Program-made: the position numbers and the translations under genes | The notes under the pieces: generated by a model | The model's input: the letters and a program-made list of their open reading frames with translations, nothing else | Databases searched by the model: none | Told to the model about the DNA's origin: nothing | Part shown: positions 38,005-48,927 of the stretch, piece by piece | Numbering within the stretch: the first letter of the stretch is position 1 | Layout of the letters: each line of letters begins with the position of its first letter | Assembly (NCBI GenBank): GCA_000999715.1 | Contig: LCGL01000001.1 | Coordinates: 323,139-387,138, forward strand | Origin: Candidatus Falkowbacteria bacterium GW2011_GWF2_43_32 | GTDB taxonomy: Bacteria > Patescibacteriota > Patescibacteriia > Patescibacteriales > UBA12465 | DNA: 64,000 nucleotides | Reading direction: 5' to 3'

Positions 38005-39459
38005 TTATTCGGCGTTGGCGCCCAGGATGAGCAGAAAATCCGCCTGATAAGTTTCGTTGATTTTATAATTTTGAATCCATTCCGGAGAATCGAAAGATTG
38101 ATTGGCGCCGGTTATTCTTTTTAACGCTTCCAAGGATTCGTTTTTCTTGCCGTAGGTCAGGTCATAGAAAGTGGTTTGCGAAAAGTCTCTTAAGGGAGCA
38201 TTGCCAACCTCCACAACATTAAATTTTGATAAAGTCAGTTGACTGGCGCTTTTAGTGGCCAGGCCGGTAATCCAGGTACCGTTGAGAACGATAATTTTGG
38301 CGTTGTCGTTGATAGTTTCTCGCGGTTCGGAAGATTTTTGTTCCAGCGGCGCGGCGGAAAAAATATTACGCACCAGATTTTTTATTTCCGCAAAATTGCC
38401 GGAACGGGGCACCAGAATGTAAGCGCCGTCTTCGCCTTGGCCGGCCACCAATAAACCGTCGGGAGCGTCGCTTAACACTTTATTGATAATTTGATCGCGG
38501 TTGATGTCCTTGAACAAATCCCAAAGCCGCAATATTTCCCAGGCGCTCAGATTGGTGGAAATGTTTTTGTTGAATTCATTGATTAATTTGGCGATGATAG
38601 TGGGGTTGAGCAGAATTTTGCTGGAAAGAATTTTATTTTTTATCGCCTCAAGTACCAATTGTTGTCGACGGGAACGCGCGAAATCGGAACCTTCCGAGCT
38701 GAGAGCGTGACGACTGCGCGCATATTTCAGAGCTAAAGAGCCGTCCATATTTTGTACCCCTTTATCAATATGCAGATGTTCAAAGCGTGCATAGTAATTG
38801 GGATTATCTTCTTGGCCGAAAATCGGATAAGTATAATCATCCAAAGTATTTTCTACATTGACTTCAATGCCGCCCAGTTCGTCTATAATTTTGGCGAAAC
38901 CGCTGAAATCGACTCGAACATAATAAGTAATCGGAGTCTCCAATAGTTCGCTTATTGCTCGAGTGGTTGCCTCGCCGCCACTGCCTTGGTTTTTTTGTTC
39001 GGCATAAGCATTGATGCTGTTTATTTTTCTCCAGCCGTTGACCGGCGAAACCAAATCGCGCGGCAGAGATATCATGGCCACTTGTTTGGTGGATGGTTTC
39101 AGACTGGCAAGGATTATCGTGTCGGTTAAGTAGGCGCCTTCGTGCCCCTCTCCGCCCATGCCTAATAATAAAATATTGATTTGATCTTCGTCCTCGCCGG
39201 CCAAAAGTTTATCGTGACTGGTAATCAGATGTTTTATTTTGCCGAAGAAAGTGTCTTCCGGAAACCAATTGGTTGCATTTTGACTGGATACTAAAATTCG
39301 TCCGGAAAAAATTAGCGCCACGACAACAATCGCGATGGTATAGGTGATAAATCTTTTTCTTTTTTTATTATTAATAATGAGCTCCGGTTGCTCCCAAGTC
39401 AGAGAAGCTCGGTTGGCATGACGCTCCTCCTCTTCTATTTGTTTTTTAAAATCAATCAT
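38005..39459 (-). CDS. LCP (LytR-CpsA-Psr) family protein with LytR C-terminal domain
   Basis: NILLLG, TDTII, SLPRD, KINS, YARSR, SDFARSRRQQ, VLNGT. Confidence 0.92.
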   Translation of the reverse strand: MIDFKKQIEEEERHANRASLTWEQPELIINNKKRKRFITYTIAIVVVALIFSGRILVSSQNATNWFPEDTFFGKIKHLITSHDKLLAGEDEDQINILLLGMGGEGHEGAYLTDTIILASLKPSTKQVAMISLPRDLVSPVNGWRKINSINAYAEQKNQGSGGEATTRAISELLETPITYYVRVDFSGFAKIIDELGGIEVNVENTLDDYTYPIFGQEDNPNYYARFEHLHIDKGVQNMDGSLALKYARSRHALSSEGSDFARSRRQQLVLEAIKNKILSSKILLNPTIIAKLINEFNKNISTNLSAWEILRLWDLFKDINRDQIINKVLSDAPDGLLVAGQGEDGAYILVPRSGNFAEIKNLVRNIFSAAPLEQKSSEPRETINDNAKIIVLNGTWITGLATKSASQLTLSKFNVVEVGNAPLRDFSQTTFYDLTYGKKNESLEALKRITGANQSFDSPEWIQNYKINETYQADFLLILGANAE

Positions 39460-39522
39460 AAGAATACTAACGATGATAGAGTCGTTTCTGGGCTTGTCAT
39501 CCAGAACGTTTAAAGTTTATTG

Positions 39523-39593
39523 TCGGGCCGCCGGGAATTGAACCCGGGTCACACGCACCCGAAGCGTGTATAATGCCGTTATACCACGGCCCG
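39523..39593 (-). tRNA. tRNA-Pro(CGG)
   Basis: Cloverleaf, anticodon loop TTCGGGT. Confidence 0.93.
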
Positions 39594-39700
39594 ATTTATT
39601 AGTGGACTTGAGGGGACTTTCGCGCTCGTTCGCCGCTTGTTCGAGTTCCTTTCGATCAGTCAATAAATTATTCAGACAAAGCCTGAATAATTTATTGATG

Positions 39701-39773
39701 TGGACTTGAGGGGACTCGAACCCCTTACCTCTGCAATGCGAATGCAGCGCTCTACCAGATGAGCTACAAGCCC
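39701..39773 (-). tRNA. tRNA-Ala(CGC)
   Basis: Cloverleaf, G3-U70, anticodon loop TTCGCAT. Confidence 0.95.
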
Positions 39774-39862
39774 TTGTGGAGTTTAAATTAGCCTGGATTC
39801 GTCATTCCCCATCCACTATCCGTTATTTGTCGCTGACGGAGGCGGAGAATCAAGACCATTTG

Positions 39863-39933
39863 TCGGGCTGCCCGGAATCGAACCGAGGCTACATGCACCC
39901 CATGCACGCGTACTACCATTATACTACAGCCCG
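39863..39933 (-). tRNA. tRNA-Pro(GGG)
   Basis: Cloverleaf, anticodon loop ATGGGGT. Confidence 0.93.
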
Positions 39934-40089
39934 GGTTAAGGAAAAAGAATCAATAAAAAAAGGCTGGCGACCCTTTATCTCATATTAACATAAAACTCTA
40001 ATTTTTCAAGGTGTGTTTTTAATGCGATTTACCGCTTATTTTAACAATATCTTGACAAAAATATTAGGATAAGTAAATATGTCTCATAG

Positions 40090-40373
40090 GTGGGGCGCGA
40101 GTTAGTTCTAAAGTTCAGTAGATACGTGCAGAACTTTAATGTTCAAGCCTTAAAAAGCTAGTTAGTTCTACTGCAAAAGAATAGTCTGACTGATGTGATT
40201 ATATTTGTGAATTTCTGAGGCTAGCGACCTCGGTGCTCCGTTTAGTATAATCGTTTCTATTGTTGATAAGTCGGCAACATCCCGGACCGTACCAGTCTTT
40301 GGCCGTATCGACGAAAAGGAACAGCACAGTCAAGAAAGGTTGGAGGGTTCGAATCTCTTCCGGTTCGCCCCAC
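40090..40373 (+). ncRNA. candidate ~285-nt structured ncRNA with a 3' tRNA-like domain
   Basis: TTGACA at 40052; closing stem GTGGGGCG/CGCCCCAC; T-arm GGAGGG-TTCGAAT-CTCTTC; terminator 40397-40430; no ORF. Confidence 0.6.
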
Positions 40374-40484
40374 ATTTTTGTTCTTTCATCTAAATCAGGG
40401 CCCGCTTATATCAAAAGCGGGCCTTTTTATTAATTTGCTAAAAACGGCCGATTAAATTACAATATTGATATAAAATAAAATTAT

Positions 40485-41474
40485 ATGCCAGCGCAAAAAA
40501 TCATTTTTTCCGGTATCCAGCCTAGTGGCCGTCTTAATATCGGCAACTACATCGGAGCGATTTCTCAATGGGTGGAAATGCAAAAAAATTATAATTGCAT
40601 TTTTTCCGTGGTCGATTATCACGCCATTACCGTCAAACAGGATCCCGAGGAATTAAGAAAAAGAATTATTGAAGTCACTAAAATTTATTTGGCCGCCGGA
40701 ATTGATCCGGAAAAATCTGTTATTTTTCAGCAATCCGCCATCCCGGCTCATACCGAGTTGGCTTGGATTTTTAATTGTTACGGAACGCATATCGCCGATT
40801 TGAATAAGATGACGCAGTTTAAGGATAAGTCCGGCAAAAATCAAGAATCGGTTAGTGTCGGTCTTTACGACTACCCCGTGTTGATGGCCGCCGACATCTT
40901 GTTATACGATACCGATATTGTTCCGGTCGGAGAAGATCAAGTTCAACACGTGGAATTGGCTCGCGATATCGCTCGTCGTTTCAATAATGAATTCGGCGAA
41001 ACTTTTAAAATACCGCAATCGGTAATACGTAAAGAAGGCGCGCGAATTATGTCTTTGCTTGATCCGGCTAAGAAAATGAGCAAGAGCGATGTTAATCAGA
41101 ATAATTGCCTTGCCTTATTGGATGCGCCGGAAGTTGCCAGGAAGAAAATTATGCGCGCCGTGACCGATTCCGGCTCGGAAATCAGTTATGATCTTAAGAA
41201 TAAACCGGCGTTAGCGAATCTCTTGACGATTTATGCTCAGCTGGGCAATCGCGAAATAAAAAGATTGGTGAAAGATAATTCCGGACGAGGATATGGTGAT
41301 TTTAAAAAAGACTTGGCCGATGTGGTTGTTAAATTTTTAGAAGATTTTCAGAAGAAATATAATAAGATTTCCGATAATGATGTTAAAACGATTTTAGAAA
41401 ACGGGCGTCAGAGAGCGGAAGAGATTGCGCAAGTAAAATTGGAACAAGTTAGAAAATTAATTGGGGTGAGATAA
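40485..41474 (+). CDS. trpS: tryptophan--tRNA ligase
   Basis: SGIQPSG..NIGNYIGA, YPVLMAADIL, VPVGEDQ, KMSKS. Confidence 0.97.
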   Translation: MPAQKIIFSGIQPSGRLNIGNYIGAISQWVEMQKNYNCIFSVVDYHAITVKQDPEELRKRIIEVTKIYLAAGIDPEKSVIFQQSAIPAHTELAWIFNCYGTHIADLNKMTQFKDKSGKNQESVSVGLYDYPVLMAADILLYDTDIVPVGEDQVQHVELARDIARRFNNEFGETFKIPQSVIRKEGARIMSLLDPAKKMSKSDVNQNNCLALLDAPEVARKKIMRAVTDSGSEISYDLKNKPALANLLTIYAQLGNREIKRLVKDNSGRGYGDFKKDLADVVVKFLEDFQKKYNKISDNDVKTILENGRQRAEEIAQVKLEQVRKLIGVR

Positions 41475-41656
41475 TCAATTAGTATAAGATAATCAAAAAA
41501 CCGCTAAAATAAGCGGTTTTTTGTATAGTCAATCATGAAATGAATTTTGAGTCTAATCGGCACCAATTCGTTGTTGTCTTGCGACAACCACTCCGACAGC
41601 TAAGTCAGAGGCGACTGATTCTTCTTTCCACGTGGAAAAGAAGAATTTTTCTCCCT

Positions 41657-43066
<1,410 letters not shown>

Positions 43067-43449
43067 GATTGACTCTGTTTGAAAGCTTACGCTTTCTATA
43101 TAGATTCCGTTTTTAGAAACGGACAAAATTTATTCTTACCGAATTGATGCCGATTAGCATCAAAATTAAACCATCACCATGATTGTTTGTTATAGAATTT
43201 TTAAGGTTCCAAATAGACAGAAAAAAACAGAGATATAAAATATATCTTGTTTTTATTGAAATATTCCGTTTATTTTTAATAACCTTATTTTATATTAATT
43301 AAAAAGAGCTGTCAAGAGGCGCAGATCTTTCGTTTTAAATTGACTTTTCGGTATTTTTAAGATATAAATATATTTAAGCTAGTTATTGTAAAAAAAATCA
43401 TCATTAAGCGGTTGCGGGTTCGGTTATTGAAATACTTATTATAAAAACC

Positions 43450-44007
43450 ATGCGGATTAAATTCCATCGTTTAGAAAGAAAAAAAGAAGTGCCGATTTTT
43501 AGAGCCAATACTCAGATACGAGTACCGGAAGTATTTTTAATAGATGAAAACAATGAAGCGATCGGCAAGATGTCGACGGCCGAGGCGATTGCCAAAGCTC
43601 AGGAAAGCGATTTGGATTTAGTGGAGGTTAATCCTAAAGCCAATCCGCCGGTAGTTAAAATCGTGAATTTGGGTCAATTGAAGTATGAACGGGAGAAGCA
43701 GGCGCATAAGCAAAAAATGCAACAGAAGAAAATTGATACCAAAAATATTCGTCTGTCTTTCCGCATCAGCGAACATGATTTGGGCATGCGTGTTTCTCAG
43801 GCCGAGAAATTTTTGTCTAAAGACAATAAAATCAAAGTAGAGCTGATTTTACGCGGACGAGAGAGACAATATCCCCAGAAGGCCGCGGAAATCGTTAATA
43901 ATTTTGTGGCCAAGTTGAAAGCCAATTCGGAATTAGTCATAGAAGCTGAACAGGCCTTGACAAATCAGGGCGGAAGATTTACTATTATATTGATTAATAA
44001 AAAGTAA
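43450..44007 (+). CDS. infC: translation initiation factor IF-3
   Basis: LDLVEVNPKANPPVVKI, ISEHD, LRGRE; infC-rpmI-rplT order. Confidence 0.95.
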   Translation: MRIKFHRLERKKEVPIFRANTQIRVPEVFLIDENNEAIGKMSTAEAIAKAQESDLDLVEVNPKANPPVVKIVNLGQLKYEREKQAHKQKMQQKKIDTKNIRLSFRISEHDLGMRVSQAEKFLSKDNKIKVELILRGRERQYPQKAAEIVNNFVAKLKANSELVIEAEQALTNQGGRFTIILINKK

Positions 44008-44052
44008 TATCGTTAAATTCAGGTGTTCACCTGTTTTTTAATCGGTAAAATT

Positions 44053-44250
44053 ATGCCCAAGATCAAGACTCATAAGGCCACCGGCAAGCGCTTTACCAGA
44101 ACGGCTACCAAGAAGTTAAAACAACGGAAAGCCGGGCAGGATCATTTTAATTCCCGCGATACCGGAAACGCGACTCGCAAGAAACGTTTGGATATTTCCA
44201 CTCATAAGACTTTGGAGAAAACCATCAAAATGCTGACTCCTTATAATTAA
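44053..44250 (+). CDS. rpmI: 50S ribosomal protein L35
   Basis: MPKIKTHKATGKRF. Confidence 0.95.
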   Translation: MPKIKTHKATGKRFTRTATKKLKQRKAGQDHFNSRDTGNATRKKRLDISTHKTLEKTIKMLTPYN

Positions 44251-44298
44251 TTTAAAGATTATATTAATTCGGTTTAATACGGATCATAATTTTATCAT

Positions 44299-44649
44299 AT
44301 GCCTAGAGTAAAACGCGGTACGACCCATGTTAAAAAGAGACGAAAATTGCTTAAAGCCGTTAAAGGTTATAAGTGGGGTCGTAAAAAATTGATTAGACTG
44401 GCTAAAACCGCTCGGACTCATGCCGGAGCGCATGCTTATATTGATCGTCGCAAGAAAAAAAGAACGATGCGCGGTTTATGGCAAATGAAAATTAACGCTT
44501 TTGTTCGCGAGCACGGTTTGTCGTACTCCAAATTCATCGATATTTTAAAAAAGAACAAGGTTGAGGTTGACCGGAAAATTTTGGCCGATTTGGCGGTTAA
44601 CGATAAGGAAGTATTGACGGCGTTGATTACTAAACTTCATCAGAAATAA
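44299..44649 (+). CDS. rplT: 50S ribosomal protein L20
   Basis: MPRVKRG, AY.DRRKKKR.MR.LW, DRKILADLA. Confidence 0.97.
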   Translation: MPRVKRGTTHVKKRRKLLKAVKGYKWGRKKLIRLAKTARTHAGAHAYIDRRKKKRTMRGLWQMKINAFVREHGLSYSKFIDILKKNKVEVDRKILADLAVNDKEVLTALITKLHQK

Positions 44650-44650
44650 T

Positions 44651-44866
44651 ATGATTTTTTGGATTAAAATCGGGCAAATTGCGGTGGCGGTGCTTTTGAT
44701 GCTCTCGATTTTAATGCAAAATCGCGGTTCGGGTTTGGGCGGCGTTTTTGGCGGTTCCGGCGGAGTATATCTCACCAAACGCGGATTAGAAAAAAAACTT
44801 TTTGTCGCGACTATCGTGTTAGCCGTGATTTTCATCCTTTTATCTTTATTCGTTTTCCTTATATAA
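44651..44866 (+). CDS. secG: preprotein translocase SecG
   Basis: ILMQNRGSGLGGVFGG, RGLEK, two TMs. Confidence 0.92.
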   Translation: MIFWIKIGQIAVAVLLMLSILMQNRGSGLGGVFGGSGGVYLTKRGLEKKLFVATIVLAVIFILLSLFVFLI

Positions 44867-44901
44867 AGATTAAGCGTTGTTAGGGCGCGTTAAGATTTTT
44901 T

Positions 44902-46680
44902 GTGTCTTCACTTCAGAATAAAATTATTTCTTTTTGGCGAAAGTTGAGAAACGCTCGACTATTTTCTAATTGGTTAAAGAGCGATTCTTTCAGTCAGGAA
45001 AGCGCGGACAGAAAACTTATTTATGCATTGTCGCCCCGGAAGATTCCGAATGGGGAGCAAATCAAGCATTTGAATAAATTTTTGAATCCTCGGGAATTTT
45101 TGCTTATTAAAATATGTATTTTAATCGTTTTGGTGAACGGTGTTTATTTGGGAACGGTTTTTCTAAAAAAACATTTGCAGTATCTGCCGGTAATCGGCGG
45201 TGAATACATTGAAGGAGTGGTGGGCTCCCCGAAAACAATCAATCCGCTTTACGCGGTTAATCGCGATATAGATAGCGATCTGAGTCGCTTGATTTATTCC
45301 AGCTTATTTAAATATGATATTCACGGGCGTTTAAGTCATGACTTGGTCGAGACGATGGAAATCGGCGGCGAGAACAAAGAATATATCATTAAAATCAAAG
45401 AAGGCGTTAGCTGGCATACCGGCGGCAATTTGACTGCCGAAGATATTGTTTTTACCGTTAATCTTATTAAAAGCGCCGAATACAATTCCCCGCTCCGTTC
45501 CGCTTTTACCAATATTACGGTGGAAAAAATTGATGATCTGACTCTTAAATTTGTTTTGGCCGAGCCATATGCTCCGTTTCCGGATCTTTTGACCTTTGGC
45601 ATTTTACCGGCCAATCTTTGGAAAAACATCGCCCCGAATGCGGCGGTTTTGGCCGATTTAAATTTGAAGCCCGTCGGCTCCGGTCCATATAAATTCAAAT
45701 CTCTGGTTAAAAGTAAAACCGGCGACTTGAAAGAATATCGCCTGGAGGCCAATGCCGATTATTACGGCGGCCAAGCGTATTTGAAAAATATTACTTTTAT
45801 TTTTTTCGTAGATTACATTGAGGCCATCAAGGCTTTCAATGATAATCAAATCATGGGTTTGAATTATTTGCCCTTTACTTTACGCCAAGAAATTTTGGCC
45901 CAGAATTCCGTGAAATTTCGGGAATTGGCTCAACCGCAGATTATTTCTCTTTTTTTCAACAGTGTCAAAAATAAAACTTTGGCCGACAAAGACGTTCGGG
46001 TGGCTTTGGCGACGGCCTTGGATAAAAATCAAATCATTCAAGAAGTTTTTGCCGGTATTCATTCTCCGGCGGACGGACCGATTTTAAAAGAAAGCTTCGC
46101 TTATAACGAAGAAATTAAAAAATATGATTATGCTCCGGCCACAGCCGCCGAGACGATTAAAACTAAGCCGGTAACCGCGATTTTAACCGTTATTGATTCC
46201 GGAAACAACGTGGCGGTAGCGGAAAAGGTTAAAGACTATTGGACGAAGGCCGGCGGACAAATTAGTTTGAATATCGTTTCGGGTGATCAGGCGGCCGAAA
46301 TTGTCAAAAATCGTAATTTTGAAATCTTGTTATACGGTGAATTTATCGGTGGCGATCCGGACGTTTTTGTTTTTTGGCACTCCAGTCAAGCTGGTGAAAG
46401 AGGTTTTAACTTGACCGGGTATAACAATCCGGAAGCGGATAAATTATTGGCGGAAGCCAGAGTAAGCACAGATCAGGCCGAGCGCATCAGTCGATATAAA
46501 AAATTTCAAGAAATAGTCGTCGCGGATTTGCCGGCCATATTTTTATACTCTCCGAGTTATACTTATGTACAGAGCAATAAACTTAAGGGGTTTTCCGGAA
46601 CGGCGATTGTTGATCCCGGCGATCGATTTAGCGGCGTCGGCGGCTGGTATTTAAAGACTAAGAAAAAATTAACTTGGTAA
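44902..46680 (+). CDS. ABC transporter family 5 (peptide/nickel) substrate-binding protein
   Basis: INP, IYSSL, LTAEDIVFT, PVGSGPYKF, VRVALA, DLPAIFLY. Confidence 0.88.
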   Translation: MSSLQNKIISFWRKLRNARLFSNWLKSDSFSQESADRKLIYALSPRKIPNGEQIKHLNKFLNPREFLLIKICILIVLVNGVYLGTVFLKKHLQYLPVIGGEYIEGVVGSPKTINPLYAVNRDIDSDLSRLIYSSLFKYDIHGRLSHDLVETMEIGGENKEYIIKIKEGVSWHTGGNLTAEDIVFTVNLIKSAEYNSPLRSAFTNITVEKIDDLTLKFVLAEPYAPFPDLLTFGILPANLWKNIAPNAAVLADLNLKPVGSGPYKFKSLVKSKTGDLKEYRLEANADYYGGQAYLKNITFIFFVDYIEAIKAFNDNQIMGLNYLPFTLRQEILAQNSVKFRELAQPQIISLFFNSVKNKTLADKDVRVALATALDKNQIIQEVFAGIHSPADGPILKESFAYNEEIKKYDYAPATAAETIKTKPVTAILTVIDSGNNVAVAEKVKDYWTKAGGQISLNIVSGDQAAEIVKNRNFEILLYGEFIGGDPDVFVFWHSSQAGERGFNLTGYNNPEADKLLAEARVSTDQAERISRYKKFQEIVVADLPAIFLYSPSYTYVQSNKLKGFSGTAIVDPGDRFSGVGGWYLKTKKKLTW

Positions 46681-46802
46681 GTTCTCGTTAAGCTTCGGCC
46701 GAGAGAGCTTACCCATTCATATAACTCATCGAGGGGAACCTCGAATTATCGGTGTCCGTGTCCTTAAAATAGACTCGCCCGATACATTAATAATTAAATA
46801 AA

Positions 46803-48596
46803 ATGTTTGCAAAACAACACACTCCGACGCCAACGCCTCGGAAAAGCTTTTCCGGCCGCGGCCGGGAAGCTTCGTATAGTCCAGTTCGTGTCGATAAAAA
46901 AGAATTCGGCCCGGCCACCAATCCCCTGAAGGTCATGGTGGTCGGCGGTTTGGAAGAAGTCGGGCGGAATATGACGATTATCGAGTATCGCAAAGAAATC
47001 ATCATCATTGATATGGGTTTGCAGTTCCCGGAAGAAGATATGCCGGGCATCGATTATATCATTCCTGACGTTACTTACTTGAAAGACAAGAAAGACTGGG
47101 TTAAAGGCGTGATTATCACGCATGGTCATTATGATCATATCGGCGGCATTCCTCATATTATGGGAGAAATAGGCAATCCGCCGATGTTCATGGGTAAAAT
47201 GACCGCCGGTTTGGTCAGAAAACGTCATCAAGAATATAAAACCGCGCCCGCTTTGAAAATCAAAGAAATAGACGAAACAAGTTCGGTTAAACTGGGCTCG
47301 TCTTTTCAGATTGATTTTTTACGGGTTAACCATTCTATTCCCGATTGTTTCGCCATTATCGTGAAAACCGCTTTGGGAACAATTATTCATACCGGCGATT
47401 TCAAAATAGATTTTTCTCCGGTGAACGATAAGCCGGCCGATTTGAACAGAATCGCTCAATTGGGCGCTCAAGGCGTTTTGATGCTTATGTCCGATTCCAC
47501 CGACTCCACTCATCCCGGTTATCAGATTTCCGAATCGGCCATCGGCGAAGAGTTGGGAAAATTGTTTGATAAAATCGAAGGACGCATAATTATCGGCACT
47601 TTCGCTTCGCAGTTAAGTCGTGTTCAGAAGATTTTTGAGTTGGCCGAAAAATACGGTCGTCGCGTCAATCTTCAGGGGCGAAGCATGAATTCCAACGTTG
47701 AGGTCGCTCATCAGATCGGTTATCTTAAATTTGATCCGCGCATTTTGGTGGAAGATAAAGATTTAAATCGACTGTCCGACAATAAAGTCATTATTATCGG
47801 TACCGGCGCTCAAGGAGAAGCAAACGCCTTTCTGAATAGAGTCGTCAATAACGAACACCGTACCGTATCGTTAAAACAAGGAGATACGGTGCTCTTTTCT
47901 TCTTCCATTATTCCCGGCAATGAGCGCAGTGTTCAAAATATCATGGATATGTTGGTTAGACAGGGTGCCAAGATTATCAATTACAGAATGTTGGACATTC
48001 ATGCCGGCGGTCACGCGAAAGAAGAAGACTTGAAATTAATGATGCGCTTGATTAAACCGGAATATTTTATGCCCATTGAAGGCAATCATTATATGTTGAA
48101 GGCTCATGCCGATTTGGCCGAAATCGTGGGTATTCCGAAAGATCATATTTTTGTGGCCGATAACGGTCAAGTAGTTTCTTTCCATAAAGCCGTCGACAAT
48201 AAAATTGTCGGTACGTTGACGAAAGAAAAAATCCCCTCCGCTTATGTCATGGTTGACGGTTTGGGTGTCGGCGACGTTTCGGAAATCGTTCTGCGTGATC
48301 GGCGCATGATGGCCGATGACGGCATGATTGTCATTATTGCCACCATTGATAATAAAACCGGTACCATCATCGGTAATCCCGATTTGATTTCTCGGGGGTT
48401 TGTCTACATGAAAGGCAATCGTGATTTGATTGAGAAAACCAGAATGAAAGTTAAGAAGATCGTTAAAGATAAAAATCCGATGACTCCGGCGGATGACGAT
48501 TATATCAAGAATAAAATCAGAAATGATATCGGACAATTTTTATTTAACGCCACCAAACGACGCCCGATGGTTTTGCCGGTGGTGATTAAGGTTTAA
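46803..48596 (+). CDS. rnj: ribonuclease J
   Basis: GGLEEVGRNM, THGHYDHIG, NHSIPD, HTGDFK, HAGGHA, RRPMVLPV. Confidence 0.96.
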   Translation: MFAKQHTPTPTPRKSFSGRGREASYSPVRVDKKEFGPATNPLKVMVVGGLEEVGRNMTIIEYRKEIIIIDMGLQFPEEDMPGIDYIIPDVTYLKDKKDWVKGVIITHGHYDHIGGIPHIMGEIGNPPMFMGKMTAGLVRKRHQEYKTAPALKIKEIDETSSVKLGSSFQIDFLRVNHSIPDCFAIIVKTALGTIIHTGDFKIDFSPVNDKPADLNRIAQLGAQGVLMLMSDSTDSTHPGYQISESAIGEELGKLFDKIEGRIIIGTFASQLSRVQKIFELAEKYGRRVNLQGRSMNSNVEVAHQIGYLKFDPRILVEDKDLNRLSDNKVIIIGTGAQGEANAFLNRVVNNEHRTVSLKQGDTVLFSSSIIPGNERSVQNIMDMLVRQGAKIINYRMLDIHAGGHAKEEDLKLMMRLIKPEYFMPIEGNHYMLKAHADLAEIVGIPKDHIFVADNGQVVSFHKAVDNKIVGTLTKEKIPSAYVMVDGLGVGDVSEIVLRDRRMMADDGMIVIIATIDNKTGTIIGNPDLISRGFVYMKGNRDLIEKTRMKVKKIVKDKNPMTPADDDYIKNKIRNDIGQFLFNATKRRPMVLPVVIKV

Positions 48597-48678
48597 GGTC
48601 GGTATTGATAAAGAGATTATCTTGATATTTAGCTAATATTCATTTAAAAAAGACCAATAATAAGTTGGTCTTTTTGCT

Positions 48679-48743
48679 TGTGGTTAAATTGTGGATAAAA
48701 GTATGTGGAAAGTATTGACAAGCAATGTTTTATATGCTATAGT
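48679..48743 (+). promoter_or_regulatory. sigma70 promoter with adjacent DnaA boxes
   Basis: TTGACA(48715)-17-TATAGT(48738) with extended TG; TGTGGATAA 48690-48698 plus two near-boxes. Confidence 0.7.
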
Positions 48744-48749
48744 AATAAG

Positions 48750-48906
48750 TCGTTTAAAAATACATAAAAGACATCTTTAGAAAAGACCGCTTTAAACGGG
48801 TCAGGCACGACAAGCATGGGGATTTTCTTGTAGGTTTTTCTGGCTCCGCGCTCGAAAGTGCCTAGAAGAAATTTTCTTGCCTACCCGTTTAAGTCGGTCT
48901 TTTTTT
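48750..48906 (+). ncRNA. candidate rod-shaped small RNA
   Basis: Strong promoter, no ORF, long pairing AAAAGACCG..AAACGGGT.AGGCA / TGCCTACCCGTTT..CGGTCTTTT ending in a U-run. Confidence 0.5.
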
Positions 48907-48927
48907 ATAGAAAATATTTATTTTATC

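Noticed and set aside
40090..40373. tmRNA or trpS T-box leader
   Set aside because: No Ala-type acceptor ending in CCA, no plausible tag ORF, shorter than typical tmRNA, and no TGG..ACC T-box bulge before the terminator. A highly divergent form is not fully excluded.
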